A stretch of DNA of 64,000 nucleotides from Candidatus Omnitrophota bacterium (lineage in GTDB: Bacteria; Omnitrophota; Gorgyraeia; B26-G9), in assembly GCA_043814605.1 (NCBI GenBank), contig JBDRJV010000007.1, positions 3,354 to 67,353 on the forward strand. Reading direction: 5' to 3'. Both the position numbers and the translations under genes were made by a program. Each line of letters begins with the position of its first letter. The first letter of the stretch is position 1. This document shows, piece by piece, positions 8,142 to 18,194 of the stretch. Below the pieces are notes generated by a model, which searched no databases, was not told the origin of the DNA, and saw only the letters and a list, made by a program, of their open reading frames with translations.

Positions 8142-9035
8142 ATGAAAAATTTAATACGCAGATGTGCTTTATCCGTAGTTTTAGCTTTAAGCCTGGGAGT
8201 TTTAAATTCTGGATGCATCCAGCAATATACTGTTGAACGAATGCTCTGGCAGGCAAATAAAGCGGCGGAACCGATATTTATAAATCAAGGTTCTGTCCCA
8301 AGTTATGAATTTAACAGGGTTATCGCATTATTTGATAAAGTTATTGAAAAAGTACCAGGATCAAGTTATGCATTAAAATCTAAACTGAGGAAAGCTTCAC
8401 TTTTTATTTCACAAAATTCGTATGAAAAAGCCTTTAAAATTTATGATGATGTAGTTACGGAATATAAAGAACAAAAAGAAATTTGCGCCAGAGTTATTTT
8501 TTTAAAAGGCCAAGCCTGTGAAAAACAAGGCCTGTGGGATAAGGCATTAGAATTTTTTAATCAGATATTATTAGAATATGAAAAAACACAAAAAAGCTTG
8601 GCGGTTCCTTTATATATCGCGAGGTATTATAGTGAAAACGGGCAGGATAGCCAAGCGCAGCAAGCGTATTTAGGAGCGGTTATGTATTTTCAGTCAATTG
8701 CAGATAAATACCCAAATACTAAAGGCGCGGTATTATGCGAAAATTTGATTGTGCGGACTTATTTGGAAATGGGAACCTGGGGAAAAGCTGCTGAATATAT
8801 AGAGCAATTAGATGGAAAATATAAATTGGGGCCAGATACTCTTCTGGTGCTTGCGAGAATTTATGATAATAAGGTAAAGGATCCAGTCCGCGCTAAGCAA
8901 ATTTATCAGCGAATTTTAGAAAATTATCCTAAACATAAAATTATTGAAGCGGTGAAAAAGGATATGAAAAAACTTATTACCAGTGAGCCGGTGGCCAATG
9001 AGCCGGTTGACAGTGAGCCGGTAAATAGTCAATAG
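8142..9035 (+). CDS. TPR-repeat lipoprotein
   Basis: Lipobox LNSGC after a signal peptide. TPR-like helical repeats follow, and the C-terminus carries an EPV repeat tail. Confidence 0.5.
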   Translation: MKNLIRRCALSVVLALSLGVLNSGCIQQYTVERMLWQANKAAEPIFINQGSVPSYEFNRVIALFDKVIEKVPGSSYALKSKLRKASLFISQNSYEKAFKIYDDVVTEYKEQKEICARVIFLKGQACEKQGLWDKALEFFNQILLEYEKTQKSLAVPLYIARYYSENGQDSQAQQAYLGAVMYFQSIADKYPNTKGAVLCENLIVRTYLEMGTWGKAAEYIEQLDGKYKLGPDTLLVLARIYDNKVKDPVRAKQIYQRILENYPKHKIIEAVKKDMKKLITSEPVANEPVDSEPVNSQ

Positions 9036-9039
9036 TCGA

Positions 9040-9361
9040 TGGTCAATGGGTTGAAGTAAAAAGGATAAAGGATAAAAATTGAATGCTGCAAGCTGCAGGG
9101 AAAAATCAATGATGAGTTACGAGTAAACTGAAGGACGAGGGACGACCGCTGCGCTAGGACGAGAGACGAAAAAACAGAAAATATATAAAGTTACAAATTA
9201 CAAGTGACGAGTTATGAGTGAAAAGCAGATAGAAACCGAGAGATGAAGGACGAGGGAAGAAAAAGTTGATAAATTTTACAAGAAATAGTTTTTAAAGCGA
9301 ATGAAGAGAGCGTTTGTCCTTCGTCCTAAAGAGCGGAGCGAATGGTCATCCTTCGGACTGC
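9040..9361. repeat. Composite heptad-periodic intergenic repeat, copy 2 (shares blocks with 2870-3300 and the aaaggataaaggataaa block with 19070)
   Basis: Near-identical blocks gaaaatatataaagttacaaattacaagtgacga and aatagtttttaaagcgaa.gaagagagcgtt.gtccttc...gagcgaatggtc. Two compensatory changes relative to copy 1 preserve the small hairpin. Confidence 0.7.
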
Positions 9362-9386
9362 GGTTAACACTAGTAACAGAGGATAT

Positions 9387-10517
9387 ATGCAGGAATTTTT
9401 AGAAATAATACTGAATCAATGTTTAAATATTTTAGAATCAGATAGCGGTTCGATTTTATTATTGGATAAAAATAATCAGGATATTGTTGTGCGCGTTGCC
9501 CGGGGCAAACATAAAACTTCGATCTTAGGCAAAAAAAACCGTCTGGGAGAAGGTATTTCCGGCATGGTTGCACAACAAAAAAAACCGCTTTTAATTGAAG
9601 ACTTACGTAAAGATGAAGCCATTAAAAATATGTGCCGGGAACAAAATTATCGCACGCATTCGTTTCTTTCGGTGCCGCTTGTTTTTTCCGGCCGCTTGTT
9701 AGGAGTCTTAAATATCACGGAAAAAACAAAAGGCGAACCTTTTTCAATTAAAGAATTATCATATGTCAGCGCCATCGCCAGTTGCGCCGCAGGGACAATT
9801 GACCGGATGTTTTATAACGAGCATTTAGAAAGGCAGTTGGAATCATTTAAAAATTCTACAGCGGTTAGTAAATTTACATCCGCGATTGCCCATGAATTAA
9901 ATAATCCGCTGGATGGAGTATTGCGTTATTTACGCCTGGCAATAATGCAAGTGCCGGAACAAAATGTGCTAAAAGAATATTTATTGGAAATCCTCTCAGG
10001 GGTAAAACGCATGTCGGAAATAATTAAATCTATGCTGGAATTTTCTTTTGCCGGCGATCGAAACCATAGTCCTATTGCACGGGATAAAGTTGATGTGAAT
10101 GAGATTATTCAAAAATCAATAACTTTTTATAAACAAGAGGCTTTTTTTAAAAATATTGAAATTAAAGCAGAATTAGCTCCGGCATTGCCAAAAATTAAAG
10201 ATTGCGGCTTAATTCAAGTATTTAATAATTTTATTAAAAATGCAATTGAAGCTATTCTTGAACAGGGGCAATTATCTATAAAAAGTTATCAGGAAAATGA
10301 TAATATTTTTGTGGATTTTATTGATACAGGTGTGGGTTTAAATAAAGACCTAAAGGATAAAATTTTTGAGCCGTTTTTTACAACAAAAACTAAAGGTAAA
10401 GGATTAGGATTAGCAATTGTGAAAGAAGTTGTTAGCTGTTATGAGGGAGAAGTGAAAGTGGAAAGTTTAATTCCTAAAGGAACAAAATTTACTTTAATGA
10501 TTCCAATACGGAGGTAA
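9387..10517 (+). CDS. Cytoplasmic sensor histidine kinase (GAF - HisKA - HATPase)
   Basis: H-box IAHELNNPL and G2-box GLGLAIVKEVV. The N-terminal region is GAF-like. The RBS agagga sits 6 nt upstream of the ATG. Confidence 0.8.
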   Translation: MQEFLEIILNQCLNILESDSGSILLLDKNNQDIVVRVARGKHKTSILGKKNRLGEGISGMVAQQKKPLLIEDLRKDEAIKNMCREQNYRTHSFLSVPLVFSGRLLGVLNITEKTKGEPFSIKELSYVSAIASCAAGTIDRMFYNEHLERQLESFKNSTAVSKFTSAIAHELNNPLDGVLRYLRLAIMQVPEQNVLKEYLLEILSGVKRMSEIIKSMLEFSFAGDRNHSPIARDKVDVNEIIQKSITFYKQEAFFKNIEIKAELAPALPKIKDCGLIQVFNNFIKNAIEAILEQGQLSIKSYQENDNIFVDFIDTGVGLNKDLKDKIFEPFFTTKTKGKGLGLAIVKEVVSCYEGEVKVESLIPKGTKFTLMIPIRR

Positions 10518-10522
10518 AAATT

Positions 10523-11938
10523 ATGAAAAGGCATATATTGATTACGGATGATGAGCCGCTAACCAGGAAGTCTCTAAAAGAGATTCTCAGATATGAAGGA
10601 TACAATGTTACCACGGCTGAAGACGGGGCAAAAGCTTGGGAAATTATGCAGCGTTTACCCGTAGATGTGATTATGGCTGACATGAAAATGCCTAAAATCG
10701 GCGGTATGGATTTACTGAAAAAGGTGCGGGAAAATTATCCCCAAACTCAGGTTGTGCTGATGAGTGCTTACGGAAATATTGAAAATGCAGTGGAAGCAAT
10801 GCGTTTAGGGGCTTTTGATTATGTAACTAAGCCCATCGAGGATGATCAGCTAAGATTATTAATGAAAAAAATTGATACACGCAGTAACTTAAGAACTGCA
10901 GAGGTTAGTCCTGACTCAGAAATCCAAGCTCCCAAAGAGATACGGTATAAGTTTTATACAGTTATGGGTAAAGATGAAAAAATGCAGAGAATTTATACAA
11001 TGATTGAAGCAATTGCTGATACTCCGTCAACGGTTTTGATTTGCGGTGAAAGCGGTACGGGCAAAAGAATGATTGCACAAGCAATCCATCAGGCAGATCA
11101 TGCTCGGGTGAATCAGCCGTTTATTGAAATCAGCTGTGGGGCACTTCCGGAAACCTTGCTGGAGAGTGAACTTTTTGGTCATGTCAAAGGATCATTCACG
11201 GGTGCGATTAAAGATCGGGCCGGAAGGTTTGAATTAGCTAATGGCGGGACAATATTACTGGATGAAATCGATACCTGTTCGCCTAGTTTACAGGTCAAGT
11301 TATTAAGAATTTTAGAAGAAGGGGAATACGAACGTGTCGGAGATATAAAAACACTTAAATCTGATGTCCGGGTGATTGCGGCGACGAATCAAAGTTTAGA
11401 AGAACTGGTGCAAAGACGCACATTTAGAGGTGATTTATTTTGGCGCTTAAATGTGATTAATATTAATTTACCGGCTTTAAGAGACCGTCTCGGTGATATT
11501 CCGCTCTTGATCGAACATTTTTTAGAAAAATATAATCGGATGCGCCAGAAATCCGGAAAAGGAATAGTGATCGAAAGAATTTCGGATTCGGCAATGAAGT
11601 TCATGTTGGATTACCCTTGGCCGGGGAATATCCGGGAATTAGAAAATACTGTAGAAAGAGCATGTATTTTAGTAAAAGGAGCAGTGCTGGAACCGCGAGA
11701 CTTACCGGATTCGATAACTCATTATAAAGCAAAAAATAATAATAGTTTTCCCACAAAAGAGGATTTTTCATTGAAAAATGCTTTAAAAAATCCCGAACGG
11801 GACATTGTGATTGATGCTCTTAAGCACAATAATTGGAATTGCACAAGAGCCGCAGCATTTTTAGGTATTAATCGAACAACTTTATATAACAAAATGAAGC
11901 TTTACAAAATAAAAAGAACAAACAGTGTAAGATTTTAG
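10523..11938 (+). CDS. Sigma-54-dependent response regulator (NtrC family; PrsR-like by context)
   Basis: REC domain (ITDDEP...D54). AAA+ sigma-54 interaction motifs GESGTGKR, GAFTGA and ESELFGH. C-terminal Fis-type HTH. Confidence 0.85.
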   Translation: MKRHILITDDEPLTRKSLKEILRYEGYNVTTAEDGAKAWEIMQRLPVDVIMADMKMPKIGGMDLLKKVRENYPQTQVVLMSAYGNIENAVEAMRLGAFDYVTKPIEDDQLRLLMKKIDTRSNLRTAEVSPDSEIQAPKEIRYKFYTVMGKDEKMQRIYTMIEAIADTPSTVLICGESGTGKRMIAQAIHQADHARVNQPFIEISCGALPETLLESELFGHVKGSFTGAIKDRAGRFELANGGTILLDEIDTCSPSLQVKLLRILEEGEYERVGDIKTLKSDVRVIAATNQSLEELVQRRTFRGDLFWRLNVININLPALRDRLGDIPLLIEHFLEKYNRMRQKSGKGIVIERISDSAMKFMLDYPWPGNIRELENTVERACILVKGAVLEPRDLPDSITHYKAKNNNSFPTKEDFSLKNALKNPERDIVIDALKHNNWNCTRAAAFLGINRTTLYNKMKLYKIKRTNSVRF

Positions 11939-11969
11939 TGATGGCCTAAGTTTTTGGATGATAAGATAA

Positions 11970-13055
11970 ATGATGGAACTAGGTTTTCTCGACCTAATAA
12001 ATAGTAATAGATGGCAGGTAATTCAAGATTACTTTTCCCAGGTAATTAATGCCGGAGTGCGTGTAGTTGATTGTAACGGAGAGCCGCTCACTTCGTTAAG
12101 TAAACCGTGTAGGTATTGCTATGAATTAATATCCAGCTCACCGCAGGCACTGAGTGAATGCAACCAATGTTCCTTACTGTCTCCTGTACCCCAAATAAAA
12201 GATGACCTATTTTTTAAAAAACAGAATTTTCTTGATCAAGAGGGAAATATTTATTATGATCAGTGTTCTTTTTTTGTTAACCGAATTTATATTCCTATAA
12301 AACTGCTGGAAGGTAATATCTGTGGATATATTATAATTGGGCCTGTGGTTCTAGGTAAAAGAAAAGCTTATACCGATTATTTTAATTTGAGTAAAAACTT
12401 AGAGCTGGATATTAATGAGGTTATTGATTACATTGAAACTATCCGCGTCTTTTCTTTTAACAGTATTGAATCTATAGTGAAATTATTTCAGGAAGTGGTC
12501 AATTGTATGGTGCGTTCTGGATATGAACGAATTAAGAATCGAACAAAAAATGCGGTATTTTTAACGGAGGATCAAAATAAAACTAACTTTTACAGGGGGA
12601 AAATGATTCAAGCCTTGTTTGAAACTGCGACAGAAGGGGTAAATGCCGAACGGGCATCGGTCATGCTTTTTGATGCAGATTCAGAAACTCTTTCTATAAA
12701 AGTGGCAAAAGGGATTCCGGATAAAATTTCTCGTAACGTAAAGATTAGAAAAGGAGAAGGATTAGCCGGGTGGGTAGCCGCAGAAAACCAAATTTTATTT
12801 ATTGATCATAATTTTAAAAATCCTCGATTAATAAGCCGTTTGCGCCAGCCGCAATTAAAAGCTTCTTTAATGGTGCCAATCCGGAGTGCAAAAAAGGTCT
12901 TAGGTGTATTAAGCTTAAGTACGCAAGCGGAAAATAATAAATTTACATCTGAAAATATAAATTCTATTATTCAATTGACTAAAATGGTAGATAGCGCCTT
13001 AGTCGGACTGAGTGCAGATAATCGGATCCAGGATTTACAGGATGAGGAGAGTTAA
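11970..13055 (+). CDS. PocR-like sensory domain plus GAF domain protein
   Basis: N-terminal Cys-containing PocR-like region (VVDCNGEPL...CRYC...CNQC). C-terminal GAF region (GEGLAGWVAAENQILFID). Confidence 0.45.
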   Translation: MMELGFLDLINSNRWQVIQDYFSQVINAGVRVVDCNGEPLTSLSKPCRYCYELISSSPQALSECNQCSLLSPVPQIKDDLFFKKQNFLDQEGNIYYDQCSFFVNRIYIPIKLLEGNICGYIIIGPVVLGKRKAYTDYFNLSKNLELDINEVIDYIETIRVFSFNSIESIVKLFQEVVNCMVRSGYERIKNRTKNAVFLTEDQNKTNFYRGKMIQALFETATEGVNAERASVMLFDADSETLSIKVAKGIPDKISRNVKIRKGEGLAGWVAAENQILFIDHNFKNPRLISRLRQPQLKASLMVPIRSAKKVLGVLSLSTQAENNKFTSENINSIIQLTKMVDSALVGLSADNRIQDLQDEES

Positions 13056-13059
13056 AATT

Positions 13060-13240
13060 AGTGGCTCATAGCTCATGGCTGATAGCGAATAAAAATTATG
13101 AGTGATGAGTTATAAGTGAAAAGCGAAAAAGCAGCGAATAGCGTTTAGCGATTAGGAAATACAAAGACAAAAGCAAAAAATAAAATAAAAACTAGAAAAC
13201 AGGTAACTGGCCAACAGGATAACTGGCTAACTGTATAAGA
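13060..13240. repeat. Heptad-periodic intergenic repeat between convergent genes
   Basis: Read directly: gtggctc atagctc atggctg atagcga ... ttatgag tgatgag ttataag tgaaaag cgaaaaa gcagcga atagcgt ttagcga. The gcgtttagcgattag block is also present at 3515. Confidence 0.65.
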
Positions 13241-13244
13241 GAGA

Positions 13245-15425
13245 CTAAAATTCATCAACTTGTTTTTTAATGTTTAAAGCAATTTCTTTCCCCACGTTTG
13301 GAACCTCTTGTAGTTTCTCTACCGAGACTGTTTTAAGATTAGAAATAGTTTTGTATCCATTATTGAATAAATTACGCGCACGTATGCGTCCAATTCCTTT
13401 TAAATTGACTAATTCCAGCAGTTCTGATTTTACCCCGTACTTAAGTTGAGTCCTCAGGTTAATCAGGGGTTTAGTGCCGGGAATTTTAAACAGTTTAGCC
13501 AACTCAATAGTTGAATATAATAACCATTCGGCAGTATCCATAAAACGGTAGATATCACCAGGGCCTGTGCCAAAAAAATCACAGATTGATTCTTCTTTTT
13601 CTTCATTAATCCATTGGGAAATCATCCAGACTGTTTTGATACGGGCTAAATGCGAATTAAAATCTTCACTTAATGGCAAAGGCAGCTGGAATTCATCTTT
13701 ATGCGAATCAATATAGGGGATAATTTTTTCTAGATCAGATTTATTTACACTTAAGGTGAACATGTCCGGGACACAGCAGATCAGATAAAGTAAAGTTAAG
13801 GGGGTGAACATTCTTTCCGTTCCCTTAAAACAATCTCTGATTATAACCGCTGTGATCGGGTCAATATATAAACGGCTGATTCGGCTGCCAAATGCAGTAG
13901 GTAATAATTTATCTTTTTTTTGTTGGATCATTTCCTGACGCGTTAAAAACGCAATAATTTCTAATACTATTTCCGTCAAGTCATAATATTTTTGTTCGTA
14001 ATAAAAAAAAGTTTTGTGAATAAAGTCAAAGGCAGTATTTATGCTGGAAATAAAACCTGTAACAATTGAAGCGAGAAGATGTACCCGTAGTGCGCTTTCA
14101 TTGCCCAGATGAGAATGAATGGGTTCAGAATCCGCAAATATGAAATCGTTAAATAATTCACTTTGCTCCTGTTTATTACGAGCATAAAGAATTGATTCTC
14201 CAAATTTATCATATTTAGGCCGTCCGGCGCGTCCGCTCATTTGTTTATATTCCATAACACTTATAGGCTTCATGCCTAGGCCGGAGGCATAACGGTACAA
14301 ACCGCGGATTATTGTCCGGCGGGAGGGAAGATTAACGCCGACAGCGAGTGTGGGAGTGGCGCAAATAACCTTGATAATATTTTTTCTAAAATTTTCTTCA
14401 ATTAATTTACGATGATTATGATGTAATCCAGCATGATGAAAAGCCACACCGCATTTTGTATATTCACTTAATTGTTTAGAAACCTTCGTAACTTCTGCAG
14501 AGCTTTTGGTCAATTCCTGGGCTAAAGAAGCTAATTGGGTACGGTCCTTAGGTGTTAAAAAAGCGGATAAGTCTTTAGAAATACGCCGAGCCTCAGCCTG
14601 GGCTGACCTGCGGGTATTAACAAAAACTAAGGTCTGGCCTTTCTCATAAACACAATCAATAGCCAAAGCACTGATATCATCATTAACTCTTTTTAAGTGT
14701 TGTGCATCAAGTTCCTTTGATGTACCATCCGCAAATTTAATTTTGCCTTGACAATAAACCCCTTCTTTTAAAACTACCGGCCGCCAGCTGCTGATGACTA
14801 AATTTGCATTTAACCAATTGGCGATTTGGTCAGCATTAGCAATTGTCGCGCTTAAACCGACTATTTTTAAATTGTCATTTAAACTGATTAATCTGGTTAA
14901 AACTGTTTCTAAAGTAGGCCCGCGGTGAGGATCACCAATATAGTGTATTTCATCAGAGATAACACAAGCTAATTTTGATCCCAGCCAAGATGAATTTTGA
15001 CGCAGCAGGGAATCAACTTTTTCCGCAGTAGCGATTAAAATATCATTTTTTGCTAAGGATGGATTGGAATGGTCAAAATCACTGGTAGCAATACCAATTT
15101 TTATGCCGATTTTTTCGTAACGCTCTTTAAATTCATCATATTTTTCCGAAGCTAAAGCACGTAAGGGTACAATATAAAGACAGTTGCCTTTTTTTGTTAA
15201 AATAGTTTCTAACATGACTAATTCAGCCAGTAAGGTTTTTCCGGAAGCTGTGGGCATAGCTAAAATCATGTTTTTATCAGTAAGCAGCCCTTGTTCAATT
15301 GCTTTTGCTTGTGGGGGATAAAGATCTGTGATTCCGTTATTTGTCAAAATTTCTTGTAAATTTTTCGGTAGTGTTTTGAAAATTGCTTTTGTGTTCATAA
15401 CGTTAGCTAATTGTACCAGTTCCAA
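13245..15425 (-). CDS. Hel308/Ski2-like superfamily-2 DNA helicase
   Basis: Motif I MPTASGKT, motif II DEIH, motif VI (xRxGR) MSGRAGRP (translated). A winged-helix/ratchet region and a C-terminal helix-hairpin-helix (LKGIGRIRARNL) follow. Confidence 0.8.
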   Translation of the reverse strand: MELVQLANVMNTKAIFKTLPKNLQEILTNNGITDLYPPQAKAIEQGLLTDKNMILAMPTASGKTLLAELVMLETILTKKGNCLYIVPLRALASEKYDEFKERYEKIGIKIGIATSDFDHSNPSLAKNDILIATAEKVDSLLRQNSSWLGSKLACVISDEIHYIGDPHRGPTLETVLTRLISLNDNLKIVGLSATIANADQIANWLNANLVISSWRPVVLKEGVYCQGKIKFADGTSKELDAQHLKRVNDDISALAIDCVYEKGQTLVFVNTRRSAQAEARRISKDLSAFLTPKDRTQLASLAQELTKSSAEVTKVSKQLSEYTKCGVAFHHAGLHHNHRKLIEENFRKNIIKVICATPTLAVGVNLPSRRTIIRGLYRYASGLGMKPISVMEYKQMSGRAGRPKYDKFGESILYARNKQEQSELFNDFIFADSEPIHSHLGNESALRVHLLASIVTGFISSINTAFDFIHKTFFYYEQKYYDLTEIVLEIIAFLTRQEMIQQKKDKLLPTAFGSRISRLYIDPITAVIIRDCFKGTERMFTPLTLLYLICCVPDMFTLSVNKSDLEKIIPYIDSHKDEFQLPLPLSEDFNSHLARIKTVWMISQWINEEKEESICDFFGTGPGDIYRFMDTAEWLLYSTIELAKLFKIPGTKPLINLRTQLKYGVKSELLELVNLKGIGRIRARNLFNNGYKTISNLKTVSVEKLQEVPNVGKEIALNIKKQVDEF

Positions 15426-15488
15426 GAGTAGAAGAGGAAAGGGTTTTTTTAGGAAAATTTAAATTTAAATTTAAAATAGTAAATTTTA

Positions 15489-15968
15489 CTAATTTTTCTT
15501 TTTACTTTTTACTATTTTTTCCATTAACTCATCTATTTTATCAATAAAGTCGTTACGCTGTTGGTTTATCGGGTCAATCTTTTTTTTGATTTCTCCGATA
15601 TAAGATAATGGCCTGTCAGTTCGGCGTGCTTCATCTTCTAAATGCCATAATTCAATGTTTTTTCGGGATAATCCTTCTATGGCCTGAGAAAGTTTTTCAT
15701 TTTTACCGATTCTGTTGATATCTTTTAAAGGGTTATAAAGTTTTAATTTTTCTTCTCGTAAAGTAACTTTTTCTGCAAAAGCTAACACGATAAATTGCTC
15801 TATCTCTTTTGTTAGCAACAGCTTTTGTTTTTTTAATAATTTCATTTTTGATTTAAGTTCTTTTTGAGAAAATTTTGATTTTTTACTTTGAATGCTTTTT
15901 TTTAAATAAAATTCCCGGATAGATTTTATGGTTAGCTTATCAACCAAGCTGCCAAGGGTTTCAGACAT
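15489..15968 (-). CDS. Hypothetical coiled-coil protein
   Basis: 159-aa ORF, strongly charged and helical. I recognise no motif. Confidence 0.35.
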   Translation of the reverse strand: MSETLGSLVDKLTIKSIREFYLKKSIQSKKSKFSQKELKSKMKLLKKQKLLLTKEIEQFIVLAFAEKVTLREEKLKLYNPLKDINRIGKNEKLSQAIEGLSRKNIELWHLEDEARRTDRPLSYIGEIKKKIDPINQQRNDFIDKIDELMEKIVKSKKKN

Positions 15969-16154
15969 AAATGCCTCCAGCTTTAAGATTAAAATTTACT
16001 TTAAAATTATAACTTGTATTTAAAAAATACTCAAGGTTTTTCTAAATTTCAAGTTAATTTTTTTAGGAAATAAAAGCAAAAATAATACTTAATTAATTTA
16101 TTTAACAAAATTCCAATTGACTCCAAGGTTAGTTTGTAGTATTTTATAAATGAT

Positions 16155-17129
16155 ATGAAAAATCAAATGATAAAATACATAAGAAAACCGCGTTTAAAAG
16201 ATCCTTATCTGGTGGCAGCTTGGCCCGGCATGGGGAATGTGGCGATTAAAGCTGCGGAGTATTTATGGGAAGCGCTAAAGCCAGTGGAATTTGCCCAATT
16301 AACTGCGGAGGGTTTTTTCTACCCGCATGATGCCTGGATCGTTAATAGCCAGATTGAATTTCCCCGGTTACCTGCAGGAAAGTTTTATTATTGGAGGAAC
16401 CCTCAGGGAGGCAGTGATATTATAATTTTTCTTTGTGAGGCACAGCCTTCTTTGGAAAAAGGATATAATTATGCTCAATTAGTTCTAGAAGTAGCTAAAG
16501 ATTTTAAAGTAAAAAAAGTTTTTACTTTTGCTTCTATGCCGACCCCAATTGATCATACTCAAACGGCTAAAGTTTGGGCTTCTGCGACCGATAAGAAAAT
16601 GCTGAAAGAATTAGAAAAAATTGATGTCGAACTAATGCGGGTCGGACAAATCAGCGGTCTTAACGGATTATTAATGAGTGTTGCTAAAGAACAAAAAATG
16701 CACGGGATTTGTTTTTTAGCGGAAATCCCGATGTATGCTATTCAAATTGAAAATCCTAAAGCTGCGAAAGCTGTGCTCAATATTTTTGCCCAATTAGTTG
16801 GCTTAAAAATTGATTTTACGGGGTTGGATGAAAGAGCAAAAATGGTGGAAGATGAAATAGAAAAATTAGTTGATTATTTTAAAACCGGGGCAACCTTAGG
16901 CCCGATTAGTGAGGAAGAAATTGAGAAAGTAAAACAAACCTTGTCTTTTAGCTCTCGGCTGCCGGAATCAGCAAAAGCAAAGATTGAAGAATTGTTTAAA
17001 GTGGCTCAAATTGATTTATCCCGGGCAAATGAATTGAAAGATGAATTAGACCGCTGGCATATTTATAAGGATTATGAAGATCGTTTTTTAGATTTGTTTA
17101 AGCCGAATAAAAAAGATAACCATTGTTAA
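16155..17129 (+). CDS. PAC2-family protein (COG1938, archaeal-type ATP-grasp-like / proteasome-assembly-chaperone family)
   Basis: N-terminal AAWPGMGNVAIKAAEYL matches the PAC2 G-P-G-x-G-x-V signature. Confidence 0.5.
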   Translation: MKNQMIKYIRKPRLKDPYLVAAWPGMGNVAIKAAEYLWEALKPVEFAQLTAEGFFYPHDAWIVNSQIEFPRLPAGKFYYWRNPQGGSDIIIFLCEAQPSLEKGYNYAQLVLEVAKDFKVKKVFTFASMPTPIDHTQTAKVWASATDKKMLKELEKIDVELMRVGQISGLNGLLMSVAKEQKMHGICFLAEIPMYAIQIENPKAAKAVLNIFAQLVGLKIDFTGLDERAKMVEDEIEKLVDYFKTGATLGPISEEEIEKVKQTLSFSSRLPESAKAKIEELFKVAQIDLSRANELKDELDRWHIYKDYEDRFLDLFKPNKKDNHC

Positions 17130-17173
17130 ATTCAAATAATTTTAGAAAATACCGAGAATATATAAAAATTTAA

Positions 17174-18157
17174 ATGCTTATCTATATTGTAAGACGTTTG
17201 TTTATGCTTATTCCGATGTTGCTGGGTATAAGCATAATTTCTTTTCTGGTAGTTTGTCTTTCCGGTGATCCTGTCGATGTGCAGTATCAGCTTAATCAAA
17301 AAGTGAGTTTAGAATTAAAGGAACGCATTAAAGAAGCAGAAGGCTTTAACCAGCCGCTCTGGCAGCAATATTTCCGGTGGCTTAAGGGAATCATTAAATT
17401 TAATTTTGGGATTTCTTTTATTGACCGTCGTCCGGTGATAGAGAAAATAAGAGAGCGAATCCCGATTACGTTAACAATAAATATCTTATCCCTGCTAATA
17501 ATTTTTTTAATCGCAATTCCTATCGGAGTTTTTAGTGCCGTATGGGAGCAGTCTTTTTTTGACCGGGTAATGACTGTTTTTGTTTTTATCGGCTTTTCCT
17601 TACCTACATTCTGGCTGGCCTTACTTTTAATGCAGTTTTTCGGGGTTAATCTGCATTGGCTGCCTGTGTCCGGGATAAGATCCCTAGAATTTGAATATTT
17701 TAGTATGTGGGGTAAATTTGTAGATTTAGCCCGGCATTTAATCCTACCAATTTGTCTTTCAGCTTTTACAAGCCTTGCGGGAATTTCACGTTATATGCGT
17801 ACAAATATGATTAATGTGCTTAAGCAGGATTATATTCGTACAGCCTATGCCAAAGGATTACCTAAAAATAGAATTTATTTTCGTCATGCTTTAAAAAATG
17901 CGATTTTACCAATTATTACAATCCTCGGATTATCTGTGCCGGGGTTAATCGGCGGCAGTGTAATTTTTGAATCAATATTTGGTATTCCAGGGATGGGTAA
18001 ATTAGCTTATGATGCGGTGATGTCCCGGGACCGTTATGTGATTATGGGCATTTTAATAATTAGTTCTTTGCTAACGCTTTTGGGTAATTTTCTCGCGGAT
18101 TTAGCCTATTGCTATGCTGATCCGAGAATTAGATATGAATCAAATAATGAAAAGTGA
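17174..18157 (+). CDS. ABC transporter permease, OppB/DppB-like
   Basis: Six TM helices, an EAA-loop region, and the conserved N-terminal MLxYIxRRL. Confidence 0.8.
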   Translation: MLIYIVRRLFMLIPMLLGISIISFLVVCLSGDPVDVQYQLNQKVSLELKERIKEAEGFNQPLWQQYFRWLKGIIKFNFGISFIDRRPVIEKIRERIPITLTINILSLLIIFLIAIPIGVFSAVWEQSFFDRVMTVFVFIGFSLPTFWLALLLMQFFGVNLHWLPVSGIRSLEFEYFSMWGKFVDLARHLILPICLSAFTSLAGISRYMRTNMINVLKQDYIRTAYAKGLPKNRIYFRHALKNAILPIITILGLSVPGLIGGSVIFESIFGIPGMGKLAYDAVMSRDRYVIMGILIISSLLTLLGNFLADLAYCYADPRIRYESNNEK

Positions 18158-18194
18158 TAAGTTATGAGTGATAAATTAAAAGTGAAAAGACAGG

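Noticed and set aside
16090-16125. Sigma-70 promoter TTGACT-N17-TATTTT upstream of the PAC2-family gene
   Set aside because: The -10 hexamer is poor (TATTTT), and a match of this quality is common by chance in 35% GC DNA.
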